A DNA stretch of 63,940 bases, the filler included, from Klebsormidium nitens (taxonomy: Eukaryota > Plantae > Klebsormidiophyceae), in assembly GCA_000708835.1 (NCBI GenBank). It is 7 parts of 7 records of this genome, joined end to end, with 100 filler letters (N's around TTAATTAATTAA, not from the genome) between each part and the next. Parts side by side here need not be neighbours in the genome. Positions count along the whole stretch, not along the records: positions 19,691 to 34,017 come from DF238046.1; 6 more parts are not named here. One strand, written 5' to 3'. Shown one piece after another: positions 22,302 to 32,544 of this stretch; within the stretch, counting starts at the first letter, position 1, and every line of letters begins with the position of its first letter. Below the pieces are notes generated by a model, which was not told the origin of the DNA, did not search any database, and saw nothing but the letters and a program-made list of their open reading frames with translations. Made by a program: the position numbers and the translations under genes.

Positions 22302-22814
22302 TACGGGACTTATGGCACCGGGTCTACGAGCTGAGGGAACTGGGTATAGATTCAGGCTTTTGGTTTTGAATTTGAAGACCCGTTAAAGACGCTCAGTGAA
22401 CTGCCCCGGGTGGCTCCTAATCTCCGGTACCCACAACCTGTACCGGGCGATCTGAACCGTGGATGGTGCTTGTCTGAGCAGCATCGACGATTGAACAATG
22501 TTGAATTTCGAATGAAATAGGATATGTTTATTCATTTTTAATTCGATAAATCCCAGTGATCTGTCCGCCTATCACTAATGCTCATGATTGGAGGGCTCAT
22601 CTTATCGAACCGTTCCAAACCGAGTTTTCATCGTACGGTGCAGACTTGAAGCCTTCTTTTCTAGATGGCGGTCGATGGACGGCGATTTTCATCTAACGCT
22701 TGTCGTTTAGCAGCACGAGGCCGCAATTCGTTAATTATCAGCGTGGCACGTGAGAAGCAAAGTTGAAACTGACTGTCTCCTAGCTAAAAATCCATAGTAT
22801 TAACTTCACAGTTA

Positions 22815-23008
22815 CCCGTACTGCTACGTGATTTCGGCAAAAAATAAATAATTATGTGCCCTGCCGAATTCCGCTGGAAAATATTTTGGAGCGATAATGG
22901 TCGATAATGGTACTTTTTGGCAGGTAGCACTAGGTCTGCCGAAAGGATACAACGTTTCATAATTAGCTTTTCGGCGTCGAAGGTGCCCCAATCAAATAGC
23001 AGTACGGG
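22815..23008. mobile_element. Putative TA-flanked MITE, 194 bp
   Basis: Perfect 12-bp TIR CCCGTACTGCTA, extending imperfectly to ~25 bp; TA on both flanks. Confidence 0.5.
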
Positions 23009-23326
23009 TACTACAGAACGTACCCGCTTATTAGCCGGTTTTTTGTCCGGAGGTCCGAACGCGCTTGCACAAATGTTTTGTCCGACACTGGCGCAAGTAC
23101 GACGAAGTAGACTCCTTTTGTTAGTGTCTCAGGCTCCAAAAAGTGTGAAAATATCTTACACGCGGGATCATAGGTTCACAGGGTATCCGCGTGGACCGGT
23201 CACCGTACTGTCAGATCAGGTCCTTTGAACAAAAATGCGTCAGAATGTCAGGTTTTATCGTACACATTGCGGTACGGTTTCTAGTACGGATGGAACCGGG
23301 TCAGGATTAACGGCTTACAACACTAA

Positions 23327-23737
23327 GGGTGTCGTTCCACGGGCGGTGGTGGAAGTCAGGAAAATAAATAAAATATGTAGCTCTGATGAGGCCGGAATTT
23401 GCCTGGAAGTTCAATATATTACCAATTTCCGGCCGCTCGTGGAATAGCTCGCCGGTGGAAGTCGCATTTAAAAAATACGCACTTACTGCAGAATCCGACA
23501 TGGCATCCTCTCATTCGCTGATTGAGTGCCACGTCCCGGCACAGAAAAATATTTTCGTTCGATCCTACAAATACTTGGGAGAATACTCGGGTCGAGTAAC
23601 AGTGAGTTTTAATAAAAGTTGTGCCGCCGACGTGGCATTTATTTGCCCGGAAGTCCGCCCGTTGACCGACGGCAGAAACAATTTGGGCCAATCAGGGAAT
23701 TTATAATTCTACTTCCACCGCTCGTGGAACGACACCC
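23327..23737. mobile_element. PIF/Harbinger (Tourist-like) MITE, 411 bp
   Basis: TIR GGGTGTCGTTCCACG(G/A)GCGGTGG (22/23 match) with a TAA TSD on both sides. Confidence 0.82.
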
Positions 23738-23777
23738 TAAAACCAAAAGAACTCTGCCCGGTTGTCACTGTCAGTGA

Positions 23778-23845
23778 GTAACCCTAATGTCACTCGGAAA
23801 TGGCGTAACCCTAATGTCACTCGGAAATGTCACTCGGAAAACGCT
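23778..23845. repeat. 27-bp direct repeat (GTAACCCTAATGTCACTCGGAAATGGC) x2 plus a partial copy
   Basis: Read directly; contains the telomere-like seed TAACCCTA. Confidence 0.7.
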
Positions 23846-24224
23846 CGTTGGTTGGCGTGACCGTCACAGGTTTGCAACGTAACCTCACAGTAGGTGCCCC
23901 GGGTCAATGTCAATGTCGATGTCGATGTCAATGTCGCGATGTCAGTCTCATTGTCAACGTTGTAACCACTCCCGTAACCACCGACAACTAGCAATAATTG
24001 TCACACTTCAGGTGCTTCCAGGTGGGTTGAGAGTACTTCACACCAGTCAGAGTGGCGGAGACACTAACAAAAGGAGTCTATTTTGATAGTTTTGCGCCAC
24101 TGACAAGGCAAGATTCGCTCGAAGCGATACCGCCAATCAGAAGTTGCCAAGTGTCTAGGCTCGAAACATGGTGTTGGAGCCGGAGGAGTTATAGTCTGTG
24201 TTATAGTCACTCTCCATCTATCGA

Positions 24225-24462
24225 AGTCGAAGTCGAAACCTGACACAGACTCATATGTATATATGTAACGCATGTAACGCATTCGACAAATTGTATCGAA
24301 ACCCTCATGCGTAGGTTCACGCATGGCAAGAACATAGGAAATCGCCACGTGTCCACGGCAACCCATTGACAATGAAGTGGTGTAAACGCGACACTGCCAG
24401 AGCTCGGACTCGAACCCAGGACCTCAAGCCATCCGACCAACCTCTTTAACCACTAGGCTAAA
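24225..24462 (-). mobile_element. tRNA-derived SINE-like element
   Basis: Minus strand has an A box TAGCCTAGTGG (24450-24460) and a B box GGTTCGAGTCC (24406-24416) at tRNA-like spacing. No acceptor stem or anticodon arm is evident. The body ends in short (CGACTT)n repeats; the 3' end is approximate. Confidence 0.6.
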
Positions 24463-24740
24463 AAGGTCGCGGACGCACAATTTTAGAACTTTTTAAAAAT
24501 ATATAATAATTGATCTTCGAGCCTGCGTGTGCGGCCGCCGCTCGATCAAAGTAATCGACGACCGTCATACTCACACGTGGCAATTCGCTATGTTCTTGGC
24601 CAAGCGCAACAGCACGCATGAAACTTTGACATTCGACAAGGACTGATACGCCTAGTCGATAATTTATGCCACTCAAGTCCCCGCAGACCCGAGAATCTCT
24701 TGACCTCCTTTTTTTCGAGACGATGCGCTTGTGAACCCCA

Positions 24741-26540
24741 GTGATGTCATCCCGGACTGACCAGTCGAACGAGGATGATTCCGCTCTCACCGGTAGACTG
24801 TCTACGCGCCAAATTCCTCAAACTGTGAAGGCCGTCAGTGCAGCAGCTTCCCTTTCATTGGCCGAGAGTATCTCTCGACCAATCACAGTCATTGAAAGTT
24901 GGCGCCAGCTTGAGGCCGGCGGGCATGTCAACACGGGGTTTGTACACAACTGCCCCCGATATCAAAGATGCAAACAATCAATCACTTGAATCAGGTCAAG
25001 CGCAGTGCTCAGCTCAAGCGCATGCTATTACGCGAAAGCTCCTTGGGCAAGATGCATTGCTAGTAAATCAAATAGCAGCTACGGTAGTATGGCTCGTTTC
25101 AGCTGCAATGGAGCTCTGTGTGCACTTGCAATGAGTTCAGCGGTGCTTCAGCAGTTGTATCTCGGGGCATGGCGCTGTGAAAAGCCTCCAGCTGTCAGGA
25201 GCCAATGTCCTGCATCCTGGTGCTTTGGAAGCAGGTTGTCTGAAGCAGCAGGTGCTGCAGATGCACAGATTGTGGCAGCTTTACTATCTAGCTGCAAGTC
25301 AGAAGATGAGACTTCAGTATTATCTCCTCAGCTCAGAGTCAACGCGACTGGCAGCAGACTCAATGCTACCAGATCCACAGCTGCGCAAAAAGCAGATTCA
25401 CTGCCCTATAAAACTCTCAGCATCGCCTTTCCTTATTCACTATTCTCTGTCTGTCTGTCTAGCTTCACAGTCTTGCCAGAAGGCCTTCAGCCCCCTCCTC
25501 TGCAGCAATACACTCATGGCGCCTCCCTGCATCTCTAGATCATCCATCAGAGCAGCGCCTATAAGCTCTTCTTCTACCACCACCATCTCTGCCGACCTGG
25601 GTGCTGACTGCGCACACCGCTCCACTCGGCTGCTACCTAAGCGCCATCACATTGTTGCGGAGCTTGATCACAGTGCTGTTGGTAAACTTTCCACGCACTG
25701 AGAGCTTTCGATGAGGAAACACTTGAGTATGACGAGCCCATCGCTTTCAAACGCTGCTCTCTTGACATGCTGAGAGCTTTTGAGCTGCAACCTCGTTCTG
25801 TTGATGGTCCTGACAAGTTTGAGGTCTTTCCCAAGATCATGGAGCAAAAGGACCTTTCCCTCATGAATGAGAAGGAGAGGGCTGGTTTGCGCGAGGTGCG
25901 CGTCAACGAGGGTCTCTTTACATCTGCATCGGCTGATTGGGAAAAGAGAGGAGCAGGAGCAGAAGTACGCCGTCAAAGCTGCCCGGCTTGAGAAAGTTCC
26001 TGACGAACCAACGGTGAGCAAAGTCTCAATAACTGGAATCGTTGTTCCGTGTTTAAACTTTGCTCGTCGTTGGGCAGCTCACATATTATCTGAGCTGCAC
26101 ACACGCTGTTCAGCTCGCTTCAAAGTTCCTGATTGACAGAGATGCTTACTTAAAGAAGCTCGCTGCTCTTGCGCCGACAGCATTTGTAGACTCACCATTC
26201 CAATCAAGCTTCTGGCAAAGAACATTCTATGTCACAGCACCCGCTGTTCTGCCGCATCCCAGAATCACTCAATGAGCCTGCTTGCATGTCGTGTTGCTGC
26301 TTTGAAGACGTTATCATTGTAGAATGACCAACCGCGAGTCATCTCGACAGATCAGTTTTTCTACCCCATCAGATGCATCAATTGCTACTATAATTGAAAA
26401 CAAGCATGCTCCCACCTTACCATCTTTGCAGGGCCTGGTTCACGCGGCGGCGCCGACGTCCAAGAGCCCAATCAGCGAGCTGAAGCCACGACGGCCTATT
26501 CGCTCCTTGACAGCCAAGGCCCTCACCAAGCAGTAGGACC
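24741..26540 (+). CDS. Probable multi-exon gene of unknown function (model not resolved)
   Basis: Protein-like ORF pieces bounded by GT donors and AG acceptors (e.g. CCAACG|GTGAGC, CCTGATTGACAG|AGATGC). Confidence 0.3.
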
Positions 26541-27247
26541 TCTCCTTCGAGCATCTTCTTTGCGCAGGTCTCTTCTCGTCTTGATTTTATCATACAACCT
26601 GCAATCAGATCAGTCTCTGCCCCTTTTCGAGCAGTTTTGCTATTGGAACTTGTCCATTCGCAATCCTTGCGCACCAGGCTGAATGAATGCATACCTAGAT
26701 CTGCCCCCGCTCTGTAATGACTAATTACTCTGGACATTCGAACATGGGAAGACTTCAGCAAAAATAACTTTCAACGTGACGCAATAAATCCTGGCAGCCT
26801 AACATTGACAATGGTGATTCACATGGCACGTGCAGGTTTGGAGGAGAGAAGCGTAGCAAGGTTTTGGACCTGTCACAGCAGGCGCCGAAGAAATGGAAGG
26901 GGGCGCCCAAAGAAGACGCCGAGGTGACATTCTGGACAATGCGTTGCTCGCAAAGTTGCTTGCTGTGTTGTTCCATTGTTTCTGCTGCTGCATAGGCATC
27001 TTCGTCTTCGGAACGAGTTGTGGGAAACCTTGCGTAGTCTTACATGGAGCACAAGAACTCTTTAAGTGAACCCTTTGCATTAGTATACCCTTGAGGTCAG
27101 ACATTTGACGGGGTATGGTTGGAATGCAATTAAATTGCAGTATTACCAAAGGTTGCGGATTGTCTTCTCAACCTTGCTCTGCCCATCTCAAATACCTGAC
27201 TTTTCCATACTGTAAGATGCCCAATCATGGCCGTCTTGATGATGTAG

Positions 27248-29880
27248 GTGATGTCCGCTCCTAGCACTCAGCCTCGCATCGTACTTGGGGCTTTGCCCGT
27301 TTGTACCACCGGCACAGTGGTCTTTGCCAACGGAAGGCCCGCCGCAGTCAGCCTTGCCGGTGCCGTCCCTCGCTGCCAGATTCTGCCGCCGTCCTCTGCC
27401 CCACCCTCATCACTGCAAGCCGATGCCAAGCCTGAGGCGGCTGTAGGAGAGCCGAAGAGCAAGACCTCTGATCCAAGAACACCAGCCGAGCTGAGGAAGC
27501 TTAAGGTAAATAGTGGAAAGTGCATGGATCTTGTCATGGGCTCTGCTGGGTGGTCTATTTTTCGTCCAATCAAACCTTTTGCAGCTTCTTACTTGTAACT
27601 TATATGTTCTCGGCATCAAGAATAATCAACGGCCGTCAAAGTCTCTGTTGCTTCTACTCGCGGCGTTTCTCACCCAGTTTCCTGATGGTGTTTCGTGTCC
27701 CTGACTCGTGGGACTGGCTTGTGTTTCAAGGGTGCTTTCGGAAAGAGTGAGTGTTTGGCAGGTTTTTGAAGTCATCTATATTGAAGCTAGAGCTGGCAAG
27801 CAATGCGAAAACAGAACTGTCGGAGCTTCAAGTTTGTGTCAGTGACTTCATCACGCCTCGTGATCAAGCCCCGGTTGAGAGTGCTTATAACTTCTGGCCC
27901 GTTTGGTGTATCCTCGGGGGTGCACCAAATTTGGAAGGTTCCAGCTTCACTTACAGGACGAATTGGACGCAAACTGGGGCCCGGTTGAGCCCTGATGCGA
28001 TCGATCCTATGACGTCCACTGACCGTGAGAAACCGACGGCAAAGGAGGATGGGGTTGTATCTCCCGTCATATCGTGCTTCTGAGCCTAGCTCACTCTATA
28101 AATGCCACTTCTTTCGCGCAGATTTCTTGCCCCGACTGCCTTAAGGGACACCTTGTGGTCGTGAAATGCGACGGGAAGGGCCTCGGGTGCGACAACCAGG
28201 TCAAGAGCTTCAACGGCCGTACGAGAAAGATCAAGTTCTTGCTGGGGTCGTGCACCGCGTCGGCCCACCAACTGCGGAACTGCTCCAGGGTATCGAACGA
28301 AGCGGGGGGTACAAGGGCCTCGACGACATTTCGATTCCGCGGGTGCTAGGCATGATCCGCAGAGTCCCGGTAAGCATCCATGTAGTGGAGCCAAAAGTGG
28401 TCTAATTGAAGCTTTGTGATTTGTTCGGCAACTTGCTTCCGAAGAGGTCAGGCATGCATTTTGCAGGGACACGTAAGACCAGCTTGCAGCTCGTGGACGA
28501 CACTTTTCATTTCAGGCTTCCGTAAGGGCCGGATGTCATAATAACGAATAGGTAGGGTGCTCAAGCCTTTCAAACGTCGGCAGACTTTGCTAGCTTGAAC
28601 CGCGCAAGTTTTCACACGTCTCCTGTTTCCCTGATGATCTTCATGTCAGATGATTCGCAAACCAGCTCACCTATAAAAAGAGTCGTGCACAAGTGATCCA
28701 TGCCAGGACCGGGGCCAGGACTGGTCATATTGACGGAGGCAGTAAAGGTTGCATCTCAAGTTGCAAGAATCGTGTCCGGCCCCTTCAAAGATCCTTCCTC
28801 TACAGCCACAGTTTTCAGCTTAGTTCTTTGTTACTTTGAGGCGATCTATATCTACCAGAATCCCCGTCCTGGTGTGGCCGGTGCAAAACCACCATATCCT
28901 TTTTAGCTGTGCATCTCACTTTGATTTTTACCTCTTGTGCAGCTGACTTGCCAGGAATGCGAGAGCAGCACCCTCTCTTACGTGGTCAGAAGGAAGGACG
29001 GAGCTGTCGACGCGATCAAGTACACCAACTTCACTTACACGCTTAAGTCCCTCGGCAACCCCGAGAACTCTTTCGAAGGCTGGCTGCAGCACAAGTATCA
29101 ATCTGAACGCTGCGTATCTCCTCGCAAAGTTCTACATGTCCGAATAGATTTGAAGCGGGTCGGAGCAGCTTACCCAGTGTGACGTAGACAAACTTACAGG
29201 CCTGACACGTTGACGGGTTGATAGTCTGACATTGATGTATACTCATTTGCCAGGTTGCAATTGAGCATCCAATTGGAACGGACAATTTCTGAAGCGAGTC
29301 ATTGCATGGAATCTACAGTGTGCGGTAAAACACGTGACTGCGTATTCAGTCCGAGCATTAATGCGTCGGAAAAGCTGCTGATTCTAAGCCGATGAGGAAC
29401 TAAAATGTTGTGCCCGAGACATTCTTTCGATTTTTCTTGGTGCGTGTCAAATAAGCTAGCTCGAGCTTCCTTTGGGCTTTACCTAGGATAATCGAAGTTT
29501 GCCAGAGGCCCGGTTCACATTAGGATCTTCTGTCCATCTAAAGTATGCAGCAACGTTCTGGTGTTCTGTTAGCTTTCGAAAGCCTCTGTTATCAAAGCGA
29601 ACTCGATCATGTCTCCAATGGTGACGGTATCAACAAGCTTGAAGGCTTGGCTGCATGCTTACCGTCCCAGCCGCCAGTGCACCCAAATGTAGCGCTTAGC
29701 TTCGAACCGCACCATGTGGCTGCATGGCGCGGATGATGCCGACTGGCACTTTGAAGTGACTAAGAGGCCCCTAGACGCGCACTCGTTGCACTCTCCGTCG
29801 CGGTGCGAATGTGCAGATGCAGAATCCGGTTCTGCCGGGCTGGCCCGCAAGACCGGAACAGCCGCACGCTGGGCATGTCT
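27248..29880 (+). pseudogene. Fragmented multi-exon coding remnants, possibly the N-terminal part of the downstream Academ-like gene
   Basis: Same-strand ORF pieces with CxxC motifs (SCPDC, TCQEC); no diagnostic motif recognised. Confidence 0.3.
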
Positions 29881-29884
29881 AAAC

Positions 29885-30375
29885 GGAGAGGACCGGGGCA
29901 GGACATGTAGCTAGGCACAGAGATGCGCACCCGTTGCACACTCGGCTTGGACCGAAAGCCGGGACACGACGAGAGCAGGACACGGGCGACCACAGAGGGA
30001 GTGCGGGCCGCCGCGTGCCTCGCTTGGGCGAGGAGACCGAGGCAGGACACGATGGACCGCGGCAGGTGCGCCGCCACGCACTTCGCTCAGGGGCAGGAGA
30101 ACCGCCCGGCAGGACACAAGGGAAGTCCCGCAGCGGGAGCGCCGTTGCGCGCTTCGCTCGGAGGAAGGGACCGGGGCAAGACACTGGGGGCCGCAGCAGG
30201 AGCACCGTTGCGTGCTTCGCTCGGGGCAAGAGAACTGGGGCAAGACGCGGGGGACCGCGGCGAGAGCGCCGCCGCGCAATCTGCTCGAAGGATGAGAACT
30301 GGGCAAGACTCAGGGACCGAAGCGGGAGCGCCGCCGCAGGCTTCGCTTGGGGGGAGAGAACCGGGGCACACGAAG
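29885..30375. repeat. Degenerate GC-rich minisatellite, ~63-bp period, ~8 copies (probably intronic)
   Basis: GCTTCGCTCGG...ACCGGGGCAAGAC-like units at ~30017, 30080, 30151, 30214, 30279 and 30340. Confidence 0.75.
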
Positions 30376-30392
30376 ACACGCGTGCCGCATAG

Positions 30393-32544
30393 TCAGCACG
30401 AATGGGGCGCTTGGTTGGCGGACAAGGGGGTGAAGCAAAAGCTCATCAACTTGATCAGCGATGTCCTCCCGGAGCTGCTCAAAGACAAGCTTCAACCGGG
30501 GCAAACGTTCTGCATTTCGGGGGGGTTCGACGGGCCTCCTTACCTGGACAACGCACGCACTCTAGAACGATCCCTCAATGGCGAGCTGTTCAAAGGACTT
30601 CATAGATCCAAACTACCACAGCAATCACGCCGAAGCTGACACGAGGGTCTGGTTGCACACTGCACTCTTGTGACGGCCCGGCGCACTACCACTGTGCTAC
30701 GGACGACAAAAGGTTTCCCAGACGATACCTTTTATCGTTTTCGCCGTAATTTATACATTAGTCGGGTTTATGTGACGGGTTAGGGTTGACCAGGCCCTAA
30801 TCGTCACACTCTCCCCAACTTACCCCCCGAATCCGACCTGGGGTGAGCAACTTCCCAACAGAGCGGAGAGCAGATCAGACCAGAATTTTGCCGAAATCAG
30901 GGGATTTATGCAGATGTCAGAAAAGTGACCTTCACTTTCAGAATTCAGAGTCAGAAATGCGGAATTTTGAGGTTCGAACCCACGATGCTTTGGGCCGAAG
31001 GAAAGGTGACGTCATCCCGACGTCAACTTGACCTCTGATACCAATGTGACGGCCCGGCGCACTACCACTGTGCTACGGACGACAAAAGGTTTTCCAGACG
31101 ATACCTTACATCGTTTTCGCCGTAATTTATATATTAGTCGGGTTTATGTGACGGGTTAGGGTTGACCAAGCCCTATTCGTCACAACTCTGCCCCAAATCC
31201 CCAGTCGTTATCTACTCCCCCGACTCTGACGTCACCATGATCGGGCTCCAAACCTTTCGCTTGTGGTCCGGCCCCCCTAGTGCCCCCTCGCAAACCGAAC
31301 CCAGCACCCCAAAGCAGGCATACGTGCAGATTAAGAAGCCAGACACCACCCAAAACGTCCCAGACATTGAAGACGTCAACAAATTGGCAACTGAGTTTAC
31401 TGGTTATCCCGAGTTGCGACCAATCCCTGAGGGTCGCAGACTGGATTGCATCGCCGCTTTGTTCGTGCTCACCGAGTGCGACAAGACCTCGTTCTTCGCG
31501 CATCACAGCAAGGTCTCCTTCTTGGAGGCTCTCTGTAAGCATGCGGAGTACATCTGCGGGGAGGCTGGCCAGACACGTGCTGATTGGTGTCTCCCCTCCG
31601 GCGCCAGTCCGGAAGCGGAGGGGTGGCGGGCTGAGCAGGAGCACACGCCAGTTGCTGCGGGCCGCCTGAGCGAGGTGGCACCTGCAGAGGGAGCGGAAAA
31701 GGGGGTCCGTGAAGCCTGGCTTGCGCTCGTCCCTTGCAGCCTTTCTTCGGCTAGTTTTGGTAGTTTTCTATCAAGCGCACAAGCGTCTGTATGAAGAACC
31801 TACAGTGCCCCAAGAGCAATCCGCGCTCTGGGTTGCCAGGACCCGAACTACTTGGCACAGTTGGAGACGGCGGTGGAGGCGATGCGGCTGCAAATGTGGG
31901 CAAGTGTCCCAAACGAGGATCGGCTTCTTCCCTCGTTCGGCGCTCAAAAATTCCACCACGAGCGTGCAATTTTTGAGTCCGCCCAGTTGGTCCATGCTTG
32001 CGTTGGCAGAATGAGCAGTCTCTCAATAGAGCAGTACGGGTATAGGAGAGATGAGCAGGGGTCCCTCCAGTTCGACTACGATTTTAACACCAAAATGGTG
32101 AAAATAAAAGCCCGGGTGAAATCGATTCTGAAGAAGCCAGGTTGTGGGTGCAAAGTGACCAAATGTCAGGGGGGCCGCTGCGCATGTGCCGAGGCCGGAA
32201 AGTTGTGCACACGACACTGCCGGTGCGTGGAATGCAGTAACCGGGACTCAATTGTGGGAACTAACCTTGAGAGCGCGGGGCTAGACGGGGAGGGCAGAAC
32301 GGGAGCAATGGGCATCGTTAGAGGCGACACGCAGCCTGTTGAGGGGCCAGCGGCTTCCTTCCCCGGACTTGCAGGGGCATCTGGGGAAGCGGAAAGCGAG
32401 AGCGAGGTCTCATCTTCGAGTGGGAGTGAAGAAACAGGTGAAAGCAGCGGCAGTCTTGAGCAAGGGATTACGCAGGAAGATGCATCTGACTGCGGCTCTG
32501 AGGAAGCGGTCCGCAGATGGGTGGCAGGAAGCGCGCTAACCTGA
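30393..32544 (+). pseudogene. Academ(X)-like transposon protein remnant: XPG/FEN1-type nuclease domain + Cys8 (CXC) finger
   Basis: Motifs KQKLINLI, SNHAEADTRVWLH, YSPDSDV, LTECDKTSFF.HHSK, LPS...KFHHERA...YGY and CGCKVTKCQGGRCACAEAGKLCTRHCRCVECSN. Disrupted by frameshifts (~30595, ~31730, ~31830) and a TRIM insertion. Confidence 0.7.
30669..31184 (-). mobile_element. Complete TRIM (miniature LTR retrotransposon), 516 bp
   Basis: 140-bp LTRs at 30669-30808 and 31045-31184 (TGTGACG...CGTCACA; 6 differences counted). PBS TGGTATCAGAG on the minus strand (31033-31043), PPT GGGGAGAG (30809-30816), perfect 5-bp TSD ACTCT. Confidence 0.95.

Noticed and set aside
24400-24462. Functional tRNA gene
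   Set aside because: A and B boxes are present but no acceptor stem or anticodon arm could be formed; treated as a SINE head.
16708-30375. Shared ~61-63-bp period in three unrelated minisatellites as a structural code
   Set aside because: The sequences are unrelated, lie on different pieces, and n=3; coincidence cannot be excluded.
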